Assembly: GCA_020628165.1 (NCBI GenBank) | Contig: JAHDFM010000011.1 | Span: 18,969-82,968, forward strand | Source: Bdellovibrionales bacterium | GTDB lineage: Bacteria; Bdellovibrionota; Bdellovibrionia; Bdellovibrionales; UBA1609 | DNA length: 64,000 nucleotides | Reading direction: 5' to 3' | Translations under genes and position numbers: made by a program | The notes under the pieces: generated by a model | The model's input: the letters and a program-made list of their open reading frames with translations, nothing else | What the model was told of the DNA's origin: nothing | Database searches by the model: none | Part shown: positions 53,635 through 63,479 of the stretch, in pieces | Layout of the letters: each line of letters begins with the position of its first letter | How positions within the stretch are numbered: the stretch's first letter is position 1

Positions 53635-54633
53635 CTAGAAGCTTTCATCAAAAGCGACGTCTCCAGTCACTCCAACTTGATAAGCAGAAACTCTGCGCTC
53701 AAAGAAATTGGCGAGCTCTTGAGTGTCTTGTAGCTCCATGAACGGAAATGGATTTTTCACGTTGTATTGAGCTGGTATGCCAAGGCGAGTGAGTCTTTGG
53801 TCAGCAATGAACTGTAAGTATGTTTTCATGTCTTTTTGGCTAAGACCAGCGATACCACCACTTAAGAAATCGTTGCTGAAGTGAAGTTCGCAGTTAATAG
53901 CATCTTCAAGCATAGCAATGACCATGTCTTTCATTCTGTCGTCAAATAGATCTGGCTCTTCTTCAGAGGCCACTTCAAAAACTTTGAAAGCAAAGTCAAT
54001 GTGAGCACTTTCGTCACGGAAAACCCAGTTTGTTCCTGAGGCAAGGCCGTTGAGTAAACCTTTTGATCTTAGGTAGTAAACATAGGCAAAGGCTGCAAAG
54101 AAGAATAAACCTTCAACAGACGTTGCAAAGCAGAGCAAATTCATTAAGAACTTTCTGCGGTCTTCTTTAGTTTCTAAGCGCTTTAGCTCATGTATGGAAT
54201 CCATCCATTTAAAACTAAAGTCAGCTTTATTTTTAATTGACGGAATGTTGTGAATGGCCGCAAAGGCCTTTTCTCTTTCTTTGATGTCTGGGATGTAGGT
54301 ATCAAGAAGAGTTAAGTAGAATTGTACGTGCAATGCCTCTTCGTAAAGCTGCCTAGATAAGTAAAGTCTTGCCTCTGGCGAATTCACGTGAGTGTAGAGG
54401 TTCAATACAAGGTTGTTGCCTACAATAGAGTCACCTGTTGCAAAGAATGCAACTAAGCGGCTAATAAGAAACTTCTCAGCTTCAGTGAGCTTTGAATGTA
54501 AGTCTGTAACGTCGGATGTGAAGTCAACCTCGTCCACAGTCCAGGTGTTTTTGATAGCGTCTTTGTACATTTCATAGAAAACAGGATATTTCATCGGTCG
54601 TAGTGTGAGATCAAAACCCGGATCAAGAATCAT
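53635..54633 (-). CDS. nrdB: Ribonucleotide reductase class Ia beta subunit
   Basis: Di-iron/tyrosyl motifs (..EALHVQFY.., ..FFAAFAYVYYL.., ..RDESAHIDF..). ATG 54633 with a GGGGGA RBS was preferred over the 54729 start. Confidence 0.95.
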   Translation of the reverse strand: MILDPGFDLTLRPMKYPVFYEMYKDAIKNTWTVDEVDFTSDVTDLHSKLTEAEKFLISRLVAFFATGDSIVGNNLVLNLYTHVNSPEARLYLSRQLYEEALHVQFYLTLLDTYIPDIKEREKAFAAIHNIPSIKNKADFSFKWMDSIHELKRLETKEDRRKFLMNLLCFATSVEGLFFFAAFAYVYYLRSKGLLNGLASGTNWVFRDESAHIDFAFKVFEVASEEEPDLFDDRMKDMVIAMLEDAINCELHFSNDFLSGGIAGLSQKDMKTYLQFIADQRLTRLGIPAQYNVKNPFPFMELQDTQELANFFERRVSAYQVGVTGDVAFDESF

Positions 54634-54753
54634 GGAGTTCCCCCTATATGTTGTTAATTTATTATGCGAAAACACTAAATGTAATGGTAAAATGAGATTT
54701 TTTAAAAAACAATAATATTCCGCCTGCATCAGGCGGAATATTTTAGTTGACTT

Positions 54754-57195
54754 TTATTGGCAAGCTTCACAGATTTCAGGGTTCTCTAAAGAGCAGGCTA
54801 AGGCCTCTTCATCTGTGTACTTTTTAGTTTGTTCTGTATTATCACTGGTCGTTACTTTGGTGATTCGAGTCGCAGGGCGAGATCTTAAATAATAAGTTGT
54901 CTTGATCCCTTTTTTCCAGGCATACATGTACATGCTTGAAAGCTTTCCGATGGTCGGTGACTCAATAAACAAGTTGAGGCTCTGACTTTGGTCGATAAAA
55001 GCACCGCGGTCGGCAGCCATATCAATCAATTCTTTTTGTGGCACTTCCCAAACTGTGCGGAAAATGCGTTTCACAGTGTCTGGAATCTCATCGATCTTTT
55101 GGATAGATCCTTCGTTCACTTTGATCTTGTTGCGAACTTCGTCAGTCCATAAGCCAAGCTCTTTGAGCTTCTTAACCAAGTATTTGTTGATTTGAATGAA
55201 CTCACCCGACAAAGTTTCTCTTTTAAAGAGGTTTGAAACTTGTGGTTCGATGGCTTCATACACTCCAGTGAGAGAAGCGATGGTCGCCGTTGGTGCAATG
55301 GCAATCATGAGTGAGTTGCGTAACCCAATGCTTTTAACCTTGCGACGAAGTTCTTCCCAGCGTTTCATGTCTTCAGGCACAACACCCCAGTGGTCAAACT
55401 GTAGGTCACCTTGAGCGGCACGAGTGTCTTTGAAGTTCTCGTGTGGGCCATCTTTCTCAGCCAAGGCACAAGACGTTTTAAGTGCGTTGTAGTAAACCTC
55501 TTCAGAGATTTTTTTAGAAATTTCTTTTGCCTTTGGGCTGTCATAAGGAATTTCCATTTTAAAGAACACATCTTGTAAACCCATAAGGCCAAGACCAACT
55601 GGACGCCACTTTGAGTTACTGGCCTCGGCTGTGTCGATAGGATAAAAGTTAATATCAACAACACGGTCAAGGTACTTTACTGCAGTTTGTACGGTGTTTG
55701 CTAGCTTTTCAAAATCAAACTCTCCGTTCACACAGTGGTTCGATAAGTTCACACTTCCCAAGTTACAAACGGCTGTTTCGTCGTTATTAGTGACTTCTAA
55801 GATTTCTGTACATAGGTTCGATAAGTGAATCACATTTTTTGGTGCACCAGTCTGATTTGACTTGTTGTTGCTGTGATCTTTAAAAGTCATCCAACCGTTA
55901 CCAGTTTGGGCAAGAGTTTTCATCATGCGCCCGTAAAGGTCGCGTGCTTTGACTTGTCTTACGAAAATTTCTTCTTTTTCCGCTTGTAGATAAGCTTTCT
56001 CAAACTCGTCACCAAAAGTGTCAACAAAGTGAGGCACTATTTTAGGGTCAAATAACGACCACATAGCATCCTCTTCAACTCGCTTCATGAATAAGTCTGG
56101 CACCCAGTTAGCTAAGTTTAAGTTGTGTGTTCTTTGTGACTCATCGCCAGTGTTGTCACGTAATTGTAAAAACTCTTCAATGTCAGCGTGCCAAGTTTCA
56201 AGATAAATACAGGCAGCTCCTTTTCTTTTGCCACCCTGGTTAACAGCAGCAACAGATGAGTCAAGAGTCTTTAACCATGGTACTAAGCCGTTAGAGTGCC
56301 CATTGGTTCCTTTAATCAATGAGCCTCTAGAGCGCACACGAGAGAAGGAAACGCCGATACCACCAGCCCACTTAGACAACATAGCTACATCGTTATATTT
56401 GCTATAGATAGAAGTCAGGCTGTCTTGAGGAGAATCAAGAAGATAACATGAAGACAACTGTGGTCTTTTTGTTGCCGAGTTAAATAAAGTCGGTGAACTC
56501 GTCAGATAATCGTGGTGACTGACAAGATCGTAGAACTCTTTAGCCTCTTCAAAGTTGTTGGCAAGCCCGCAAGCCACACGTAAGAAAAAATATTGTGGAG
56601 TTTCAAAAACTTTGCGCGAAGTTGGGTTTTTGAGAAGGTACCTGTCATAAAGGGTTCTCAAGCCAAAGTACTCAAAGTTCTTCGTGCGCGAGTTATCTAT
56701 TATAATATTTAAAGCTTCTTTGTTTTCTTTGATGAAATTAAATTTTTCCTCAGAAAGAAGACCGTTTTCAAATTCAGCTCGTACACAATCGTAGAAGTTG
56801 TGGATGCCTTGGCTGCCCACTTCTTCTTCAATGAAACGAGCCATCAAGCGAGCTGCAAGCTTTGCGTACTCAGGCTCTTCACCTATGAGTAATGATGCCG
56901 TTTGAATGCAAAGTTGATCGAGCTCTGCGGTTGTTGCGCCGTCGTAAAGGCCACTGATCACCTTGGTTGCAACGCGCATAGGGTCGACTTCTTTAAGCCC
57001 ACCAGAGCAAGCGATAACAACATTAACAATTTTGTTAACGTTCACTGGTTGAAGATCACCGTTACGTTTTTTTACGCGCATGATTTTGGGGCCATCGGTG
57101 TCTGCTTGAGCAGGGGATGCCGTCGCGTCCACCTGAGGCATCGTTGTGATCACCTTCTGTGGTTTTTCTTTGCTGATTTCTTGTTGTTTGTCCAT
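54754..57195 (-). CDS. nrdA: Ribonucleotide reductase class Ia alpha subunit with an N-terminal ATP-cone
   Basis: ATP-cone VKKRNGDLQPVNVNKI. Catalytic region ..NLCTEI.. and a C-terminal CxxC-type tail (..ENPEICEACQ). AGGAGG RBS. Confidence 0.95.
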   Translation of the reverse strand: MDKQQEISKEKPQKVITTMPQVDATASPAQADTDGPKIMRVKKRNGDLQPVNVNKIVNVVIACSGGLKEVDPMRVATKVISGLYDGATTAELDQLCIQTASLLIGEEPEYAKLAARLMARFIEEEVGSQGIHNFYDCVRAEFENGLLSEEKFNFIKENKEALNIIIDNSRTKNFEYFGLRTLYDRYLLKNPTSRKVFETPQYFFLRVACGLANNFEEAKEFYDLVSHHDYLTSSPTLFNSATKRPQLSSCYLLDSPQDSLTSIYSKYNDVAMLSKWAGGIGVSFSRVRSRGSLIKGTNGHSNGLVPWLKTLDSSVAAVNQGGKRKGAACIYLETWHADIEEFLQLRDNTGDESQRTHNLNLANWVPDLFMKRVEEDAMWSLFDPKIVPHFVDTFGDEFEKAYLQAEKEEIFVRQVKARDLYGRMMKTLAQTGNGWMTFKDHSNNKSNQTGAPKNVIHLSNLCTEILEVTNNDETAVCNLGSVNLSNHCVNGEFDFEKLANTVQTAVKYLDRVVDINFYPIDTAEASNSKWRPVGLGLMGLQDVFFKMEIPYDSPKAKEISKKISEEVYYNALKTSCALAEKDGPHENFKDTRAAQGDLQFDHWGVVPEDMKRWEELRRKVKSIGLRNSLMIAIAPTATIASLTGVYEAIEPQVSNLFKRETLSGEFIQINKYLVKKLKELGLWTDEVRNKIKVNEGSIQKIDEIPDTVKRIFRTVWEVPQKELIDMAADRGAFIDQSQSLNLFIESPTIGKLSSMYMYAWKKGIKTTYYLRSRPATRITKVTTSDNTEQTKKYTDEEALACSLENPEICEACQ

Positions 57196-57663
57196 TTTGC
57201 CTCCTGCGCGTTGTATTTGGGGTCAGTGAACCCCCAGCTTAATCGTTATTAAACTTGCTTAATTAAATTTATATTTTTATGAAGTGTTTTACTTGCGTAC
57301 GTCCTTGTACGAAAAAAGAAGATCTTTCCTTTCCCCAGCTCTGGAGTCGTTCCAAAACCATTCCCTACCAAAAGAGTAGGTCGGACAAGATAACACGTCA
57401 ATCCGGAAAAGTTCAATGCTGCAAGAATATTCTTTGTGTTAGAACAGAACCTAGAAAAAATAAGCCTTTGCAGCTTGTCTAAATGTGTTAGGACAAAAAC
57501 TTGACTGCACATCTATTTATCAATTCAAACACGGCTTTCACAAAAAATAAAATTTTTAGTTAAGATTTTGAAAGCGTCAAAGTTACGGTGTCAAAAAAGT
57601 AGCACTTTCTTGTTTTGTGAGAGCTTTGGTGTCTTTAGTTCGCTTGGTTAAATGGTTGGACTC

Positions 57664-57777
57664 AAAGTCATCGAATACCCCTTCCCCATACTCAAACAAC
57701 CTCGGGCAGCACCGCTCGCCGATAGCGAGCAGCGCACCCGCGGAACTGCTTGTGGGGAAGGGGTGTTCGATGACTTT
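57664..57777. repeat. Hairpin element, copy 2 (inverted relative to copy 1): 25-bp basal stem + 64-nt conserved core
   Basis: 57664-57688 (AAAGTCATCGAATACCCCTTCCCCA) pairs with 57753-57777 (TGGGGAAGGGGTGTTCGATGACTTT), giving 25 bp with one G-T. The core 57689-57752 matches the reverse complement of 21686-21751 in two blocks (31/32 and 22/22). Confidence 0.75.
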
Positions 57778-58265
57778 TTGTATTCATAAATTTTATGCAG
57801 ACAAAAACACCGGGCAACGCTCTTTGAATGTTAGCGTGGCTGGCGCGTGGTGAGAGGTCTGTCGTGTTCGGGTATTTCATTTTAACTTTTACAATTCAAC
57901 ATTTTTATTATTGAGATTGATTTTATTAAATGATGAATTTTAGTTTTGGTTTAACAATGCATTTTTAAATTTTATTTTGAGTATAACTAAAAATTTACTG
58001 AGTGCGGTTGCAGTCACGATGCTTTATTCATTTATGTTTTTTTAACGACAGTTTTCATCATTAAGTAAGGATATACATAAAATTTGTTTTTCATTAGAAA
58101 TCAATCATATGGTCAATTTAGATAGTGACGCAATTGGTTAATTCGCTATCAGAGGCAATATATCTGCTATTGAAAAACTTGCCCTTTGGTCTTATTCGAA
58201 GTGTAGTTATATTAAATGTATATAGGAATAACATAAAACCTGTGACATGGAGAGGGGGCTTGATT

Positions 58266-59663
58266 GTGAAAAGTGTATTTTTACTTTTTTTGGCAACAAC
58301 AGTCTCATTATCTTTCGCAGCACCCACCACCAAATACCGACTTCAAACAGACAGCAAAACACATACCAAAAATAATATTTTCTTCATAAATACAGCTTCA
58401 GTTGTCTACACCGATTTAAATAATTTTTCAAAACGCACAGTGGATGGCTCCACTCAAACTTTTGGGTTTGGTATTCATAAAAAGTGGCAACAAAAATTTC
58501 CAACACAATTAAATGCTGAGCTGTTGTGGAGCTCCGCAGAGCAATCCGTTTATCACGATATACCTAATGCTTTTGCAGCCTACCAAATCAGTGAGTCGCA
58601 ACAAATCAGTTTAGGGCGAAAAAAACAAAAATGGAGCGCCGATGATGATATTTGGGAGCGTGGGTTGTGGGAGCCGCGAACCTATTTTCAAATCACTGAC
58701 TTTAGGATGCAGTCATTACTAGGTGTGCATTATAATTATGAAAACCCACAAAAGCACAGAGCATTTCTAGTTGCGTCTCCTGTATTCATTCCAGACATCG
58801 GGGTTAAGTTTGATGTTGTCGACAATCAATTTGTGGCAAACAACCCAAGTTTCAAGCCGCCAAGCACCGTTATCCAAGCCGGGAGCACAGATATCTCTGT
58901 GTCTTACGACATGGTTAATGATGAGCCCAAAGATGTCATATTTCACCCCCTGGCTGCTGGAAAGGTGTCTTTAAAAACTTCAAAGGCAGGGAGGCTCGGT
59001 TTGATGGCTGCCTACAAGCCACTCAATCAACTGGTTTTAGAAGCGCCGGTAATTAATGGTGTGAAAGATTACGGAACTCTTTTGCACGCCAAAGTTCGTC
59101 CTGAAGTTTACTATCATCAGTTGCTTTCAGCACAGTACACTCACGACCTAACTGGCCAGTTGAAAGCTGGAGTTGTGCTCACTGATGACAAGCCAAACTT
59201 AAAAAACAGGTCGCAACTGTATTTGCAAAAAAAATTGCATCATTCACAGATCTACACACTTTTTATGGAGAGTTTTAACGACCTCACTGATACGCGTTTA
59301 AAGATGAGCTACAGTGTTGTTGACGGTGGGGATGCACCAGATAGGGGGGAGTTTGCATCTAGCAACAACAGTCGCTTTCCACTGCGCTTTCATTACACGG
59401 ATGCTCTTAAATTGATTTTTGAACAAGCTATGAATGTCTATGTGCCACTGCTCTTTACCTCCGATTTGACTTATGATTTTGATCAAAAAGTTTCACTCAT
59501 AAAGGTTGGGTTTGATGTCAATGTGTTAGAAGGGCTATTTGTAAGTCTTCAATGGCGAGATATTTCTTTGTGGTCTAACAACTACGATAAGAGCAAAGAG
59601 CATTATTGGCATGGTTATATAGATGCCGACTTCGCGCAATTAGGAGTCAGTTATGTTTTCTAA
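58266..59663 (+). CDS. Secreted protein, probable OM beta-barrel (cassette 1)
   Basis: GTG 58266 lies 7 nt after GGAGAGGGGG and gives the signal peptide (M)KSVFLLFLATTVSLSFA. Beta-strand periodicity and a C-terminal ..LGVSYVF. Paralog of the ORF at 62082. Confidence 0.55.
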   Translation: MKSVFLLFLATTVSLSFAAPTTKYRLQTDSKTHTKNNIFFINTASVVYTDLNNFSKRTVDGSTQTFGFGIHKKWQQKFPTQLNAELLWSSAEQSVYHDIPNAFAAYQISESQQISLGRKKQKWSADDDIWERGLWEPRTYFQITDFRMQSLLGVHYNYENPQKHRAFLVASPVFIPDIGVKFDVVDNQFVANNPSFKPPSTVIQAGSTDISVSYDMVNDEPKDVIFHPLAAGKVSLKTSKAGRLGLMAAYKPLNQLVLEAPVINGVKDYGTLLHAKVRPEVYYHQLLSAQYTHDLTGQLKAGVVLTDDKPNLKNRSQLYLQKKLHHSQIYTLFMESFNDLTDTRLKMSYSVVDGGDAPDRGEFASSNNSRFPLRFHYTDALKLIFEQAMNVYVPLLFTSDLTYDFDQKVSLIKVGFDVNVLEGLFVSLQWRDISLWSNNYDKSKEHYWHGYIDADFAQLGVSYVF

Positions 59664-61788
59664 ACTGCAGATCATTGCTTTTATGGTTGTTGTTGCACTC
59701 ATTGCATGCAGTGACAAAGAACCTACTGATACAAAAGAGCAGTTCACCAATGTGCGTTTATTAAATATCATAGAATGTCTTACAACTTATTCAGATAAGG
59801 TTGATGTCTACTTTAAAGGGAAGCTCGAAACCCCTGCGATCAGAAAATTTTGGTCCTGTCACACTGATATTTTACAGATGTACATAGAGAGAACTCCCAA
59901 AACAGGTTCGAATCCTAGATACAGCTATAAAGAGGTCCTTTCTTTTTTAAATGAAATTCTATCGGGTCGATTGACTATCGAAGAAGAGCTCATCACTGCT
60001 ATTTTCAAAGTTAAAAAAATCTTGATTGGAGGAAGTGATCTTTATCTGACTCGTGATGAATTGTTTGATTTACAGAAGAAAATTGAGCTGATCAGCGACC
60101 TCACTGTGAGTATAAAAGAAGAAGTGCCTACAGTGGTGAAGTTTTACGAGTCACCAAAGCTGGTTGGCTATACTGAATTAAAGAGAAGTTGGGATGTAGT
60201 TTCTCCAGAAGTGATTCAATTGATACTTAGAGCAAACTTCAGGGAGATTTCCTTTTTAGATTTAAGACAGATATTTGAGCTTTATCTGGATCAAGAAACG
60301 CACCCAGACAGAGCCTCGACTCTGACCAACTTAGTAAAAAGCTTTACCAGGCTGACGGTCGGGCCAGAGGCAAAAATCACAGATCAAAAATCGCTAATAT
60401 CATATATAAATTTATCAAAGCTAATGAGCTTTTCTTTTGTAGGTTGGGATTTGTGGTTAGCAGGAAAGCACAACGATCATATGTTTGCGCTCATCATAAA
60501 GATTGCAAATAGCATACAAGAAACACTGCAAAGTCAGCATCAATTCAATGAGTCTGTAACGATCGATGATAGAGAGTGGCTCACGATTGTCGAAAATCTT
60601 GCAGTGTTTCTTGGGGCACAAAAGATGCAAAAAGAAAAAGTGCAAGACTCGGTGGCCGTGTTTAAAAAAGTATTGTTCGAAACAAAGTCTGGCGAAGTGA
60701 CTCTTGATCAAGTCAAAACATTCAATGAAAAACTACAAGGGTATCGTTTGAGTTTTAATAACTATGATCAACTTAAATCAAGCTCACCTGAATGCAAAGC
60801 TAAAAATCTCAATCAACGAGATTACAAAAAGATAAACAGTCACACTATCTTCTGTCATCTCGTGAGTTACCAACTTCTTGAAAAAAACAAAATGGCTTTG
60901 TCTCCAGGTAAAGAGCCTATTAGTGCAAGCACATATTACGCTATCAATATTCAAATGGTTGCACTGAATTTGGTTTTACAGGTCTATACTGAAACTATTG
61001 GTTTAACTAAAGAGCAGGTGATCACTATTACAGGCGATGTTAAAAAACTAATTTCTCCTTTTGTCATTTTAGATGACAGTCTTTTTGGAGACATCGTGCA
61101 AAGACTGACTATAGAGGCTGACTTGTTTACGCCCTATAGTGATGGTGATGGCAATGTGTCTTTATTTGAGGTGACGAGTTACCTAGCAATGGTTTTAAGC
61201 AGCTACTCTTCTTACATGGATATGGTCTCATTCAGCCAATGTGCTAAGTCTACGAGCGATGCTTGCTATATGGATGTTTTTGACCAATATAGATCACATT
61301 TTTTAGAGCCATTTGCAGAGTTCAACAAGTATTTAGACGCCATGGATCTAATGGCTAAAAAAGATTATTACAAAAGCTTTAGAGCCATCCTTCTGGGAAG
61401 TCCTGATGCCTCTTTACAGTTTTCTGACTTTTTTCAGGTGATGGTGCTGTTGCATTATCAGGAAGTCTTTTTTACTGCGTTTAATAAAAACAAAAATGCA
61501 GTTCTCGACTACGATGAGGTGCAAGCCTCCTACACTCATTACCGCGATCTTTTTTATGGCCTATTAGATAGTGTTTTTCCTGATTTAAATGAGCAAACAG
61601 CTCTTGGCTACTTCAGTTTTTTGGTGAGCAAAGGAAAGCTTGTCGATACGTCCAATGAAGATCAGATTGACAATATCAATGATGCCATTGAATTGAAACA
61701 TTGGCTGAGTTTTCCACAAAAACGTAGTTCCAAAGCTGAGCGTAAAGAGCTTATGAATGTCATCGAGTTCATTAGTCAGCTGTTCTAA
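59653..61788 (+). CDS. Large lipoprotein, mostly helical, unknown function (cassette 1)
   Basis: Lipobox VVVALIAC|SD. The ATG overlaps the barrel-gene stop by 11 nt. 711 aa. Confidence 0.55.
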   Translation: MFSKLQIIAFMVVVALIACSDKEPTDTKEQFTNVRLLNIIECLTTYSDKVDVYFKGKLETPAIRKFWSCHTDILQMYIERTPKTGSNPRYSYKEVLSFLNEILSGRLTIEEELITAIFKVKKILIGGSDLYLTRDELFDLQKKIELISDLTVSIKEEVPTVVKFYESPKLVGYTELKRSWDVVSPEVIQLILRANFREISFLDLRQIFELYLDQETHPDRASTLTNLVKSFTRLTVGPEAKITDQKSLISYINLSKLMSFSFVGWDLWLAGKHNDHMFALIIKIANSIQETLQSQHQFNESVTIDDREWLTIVENLAVFLGAQKMQKEKVQDSVAVFKKVLFETKSGEVTLDQVKTFNEKLQGYRLSFNNYDQLKSSSPECKAKNLNQRDYKKINSHTIFCHLVSYQLLEKNKMALSPGKEPISASTYYAINIQMVALNLVLQVYTETIGLTKEQVITITGDVKKLISPFVILDDSLFGDIVQRLTIEADLFTPYSDGDGNVSLFEVTSYLAMVLSSYSSYMDMVSFSQCAKSTSDACYMDVFDQYRSHFLEPFAEFNKYLDAMDLMAKKDYYKSFRAILLGSPDASLQFSDFFQVMVLLHYQEVFFTAFNKNKNAVLDYDEVQASYTHYRDLFYGLLDSVFPDLNEQTALGYFSFLVSKGKLVDTSNEDQIDNINDAIELKHWLSFPQKRSSKAERKELMNVIEFISQLF

Positions 61789-62081
61789 CACTTGAGAGTC
61801 CGGCAAAGTGATTTTGAAACAGGTTGAATGAGATTTTTAGAGAGTTTCATAGTCGTTGAATGTTGGCTTTGATTGTTAAAGTTTCTTATAATTTTGTTGA
61901 ACTGAATCCAATCAAGTGATTGAAATTAATCAGGTTCAACATCTCCAAGCAATTTTTTATGTAAAATTTACACACTTTGCCCTATGTATATTTGATCTGA
62001 ATTTAAGAAATTAAGAAAAAAGTAAATTTCTAGTGTTTGTAGTCAAGATCCCTTATAATTCAGCTAAATAGGGGCTTATTT

Positions 62082-63479
62082 ATGAATCGAACTTTAAGTG
62101 AGAAAATAATCGATATATTAGGCACTTACAACTTTATGTTGATGTTGTTTTTTGCTCTAAGTTTAACTGCTTTATCTGTTCCTGTTGTTGGGCAAAGCAG
62201 CGCCCCAAGCTCACAAATTCATTTAAAAACTGGTTTGTACAACCAGAAAGTTGACCAAACTACCAATTACCAAACCTATGATCTCTTCCTCGAAAACAAT
62301 TATAGCTTTAGAGGCAAAAGTAATAACTACAGTCACAACCTAGGTGTTTTGTATCAAAACTCAAATGACTTTAACACATATGACTTTATGGTTTCTGAAC
62401 TTTACTGGACATTTAAAACGAATGCTGGTGATTTTTCTTTTGGTCGTAAAAAGCAATTGCTCAACCTAGCAGATGCTGAGTGGGACCTTGGGCTCACGCA
62501 ATCTTTATTTGCCCATGACCCCTTAAATCCTGTGTCTCAAGGGCAGATTGGCCTGCACTATTATAAAAACTGGTCTCAATTCTATGTGAAGGCATTTGCA
62601 AGTTATCTTCACTTTCCAAATCAAGGTCCAAAGTTCACAAACAAAAATGAAGACATTCAAACGGGAAGTCCATGGTTCAATGCACCACCAAAGACTTTGG
62701 TTGAGACAAATCTACGAACGCCAATTAGATACAAGGTTGAAACTCCAGAGGTGAGTGATGTCGTATTCCAACCGAGTGGCTCGTTGCAGCTGGGTTATGA
62801 GAATCAAATTTTCTCAGTCAGTGCAGCTTATATAAATCAGGTGAGTAACGAATTTCATAAAGCGTATCGCTTTTCGCAAGAGACATCCCCTGACCGCATT
62901 TTTGTTAAAGTCAATGCTGCAGCCCTCAGACAGGAACTATGGTCTGCCAATATAGCTTACACACCGGGAGATTATAGTTTGTGGGCCTCCTACTTGAAGG
63001 ACCGTCCAGTTGATGGCTATCAGTTTGATTCTACATGGGTAGAGACTCAACTCGATGAGGAAGATTGGTACTCTGCTGGAATAAAAAAGAACCATTTTCT
63101 AGTGACGAACTTAACGGCTTCAATAGCGTACATACAAAAGGAAAGTCATAAAAACAGAAAAGAAACTTTGTTAGGGCTTAAAGAGCTAGACTCCATTTTG
63201 AGTCGTACATATTTTGAGCGCAGTAAAAGTGCGAATTTAAAATTACTGTACGATTATCAAATCAATAAAAAATCAAAGCTCTCTTTTGTCAGTCGGTATG
63301 AATATTCCATTGCTGATAAGAGTGAGTTGACTACGGCAAAAGTGAATTATCAAAGAAATCAAATCAATATCCAATTAGAAGGAGGTGTGCTCTCAGCTAA
63401 GGAAAACGACACGACAGGATTTCAAGCCAAATTTAAAGGCAATGACTTTGTGAGTTTCGGTTTAGGGTATGCTTTTTAA
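62082..63479 (+). CDS. Secreted protein, probable OM beta-barrel (cassette 2)
   Basis: 465 aa, C-terminal ..FGLGYAF. Shares blocks with the 58266 ORF (SFGRKKQ..W.LGL, IGLHY.., F.APP). Confidence 0.55.
   Translation: MNRTLSEKIIDILGTYNFMLMLFFALSLTALSVPVVGQSSAPSSQIHLKTGLYNQKVDQTTNYQTYDLFLENNYSFRGKSNNYSHNLGVLYQNSNDFNTYDFMVSELYWTFKTNAGDFSFGRKKQLLNLADAEWDLGLTQSLFAHDPLNPVSQGQIGLHYYKNWSQFYVKAFASYLHFPNQGPKFTNKNEDIQTGSPWFNAPPKTLVETNLRTPIRYKVETPEVSDVVFQPSGSLQLGYENQIFSVSAAYINQVSNEFHKAYRFSQETSPDRIFVKVNAAALRQELWSANIAYTPGDYSLWASYLKDRPVDGYQFDSTWVETQLDEEDWYSAGIKKNHFLVTNLTASIAYIQKESHKNRKETLLGLKELDSILSRTYFERSKSANLKLLYDYQINKKSKLSFVSRYEYSIADKSELTTAKVNYQRNQINIQLEGGVLSAKENDTTGFQAKFKGNDFVSFGLGYAF

Noticed and set aside
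57249-57512. 87-aa (-) and 67-aa (+) ORFs in the nrdA leader
   Set aside because: They are antisense to one another, lack an RBS and have odd composition. They are likely chance ORFs.
57196-57620. NrdR boxes or a cobalamin riboswitch in the nrdA upstream region
   Set aside because: - Only weak palindromes are present (for example AAGAATATTCTT near 57423 and CACATCTATTTAT near 57510).
- Neither their spacing nor their sequence matches the paired 16-bp NrdR-box arrangement.
- No B12-box-like GCCACTG core was seen.
57617-57880. ORFs 57617-57853 (+) and 57692-57880 (-) over hairpin copy 2
   Set aside because: The same reasoning applies as for copy 1. These open frames are a by-product of the GC-rich palindromic element.
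62040-62081. Promoter call (TATAAT at about 62054) for the second barrel gene
   Set aside because: A perfect -10 hexamer is expected by chance in such AT-rich DNA, and no properly spaced -35 element was found.
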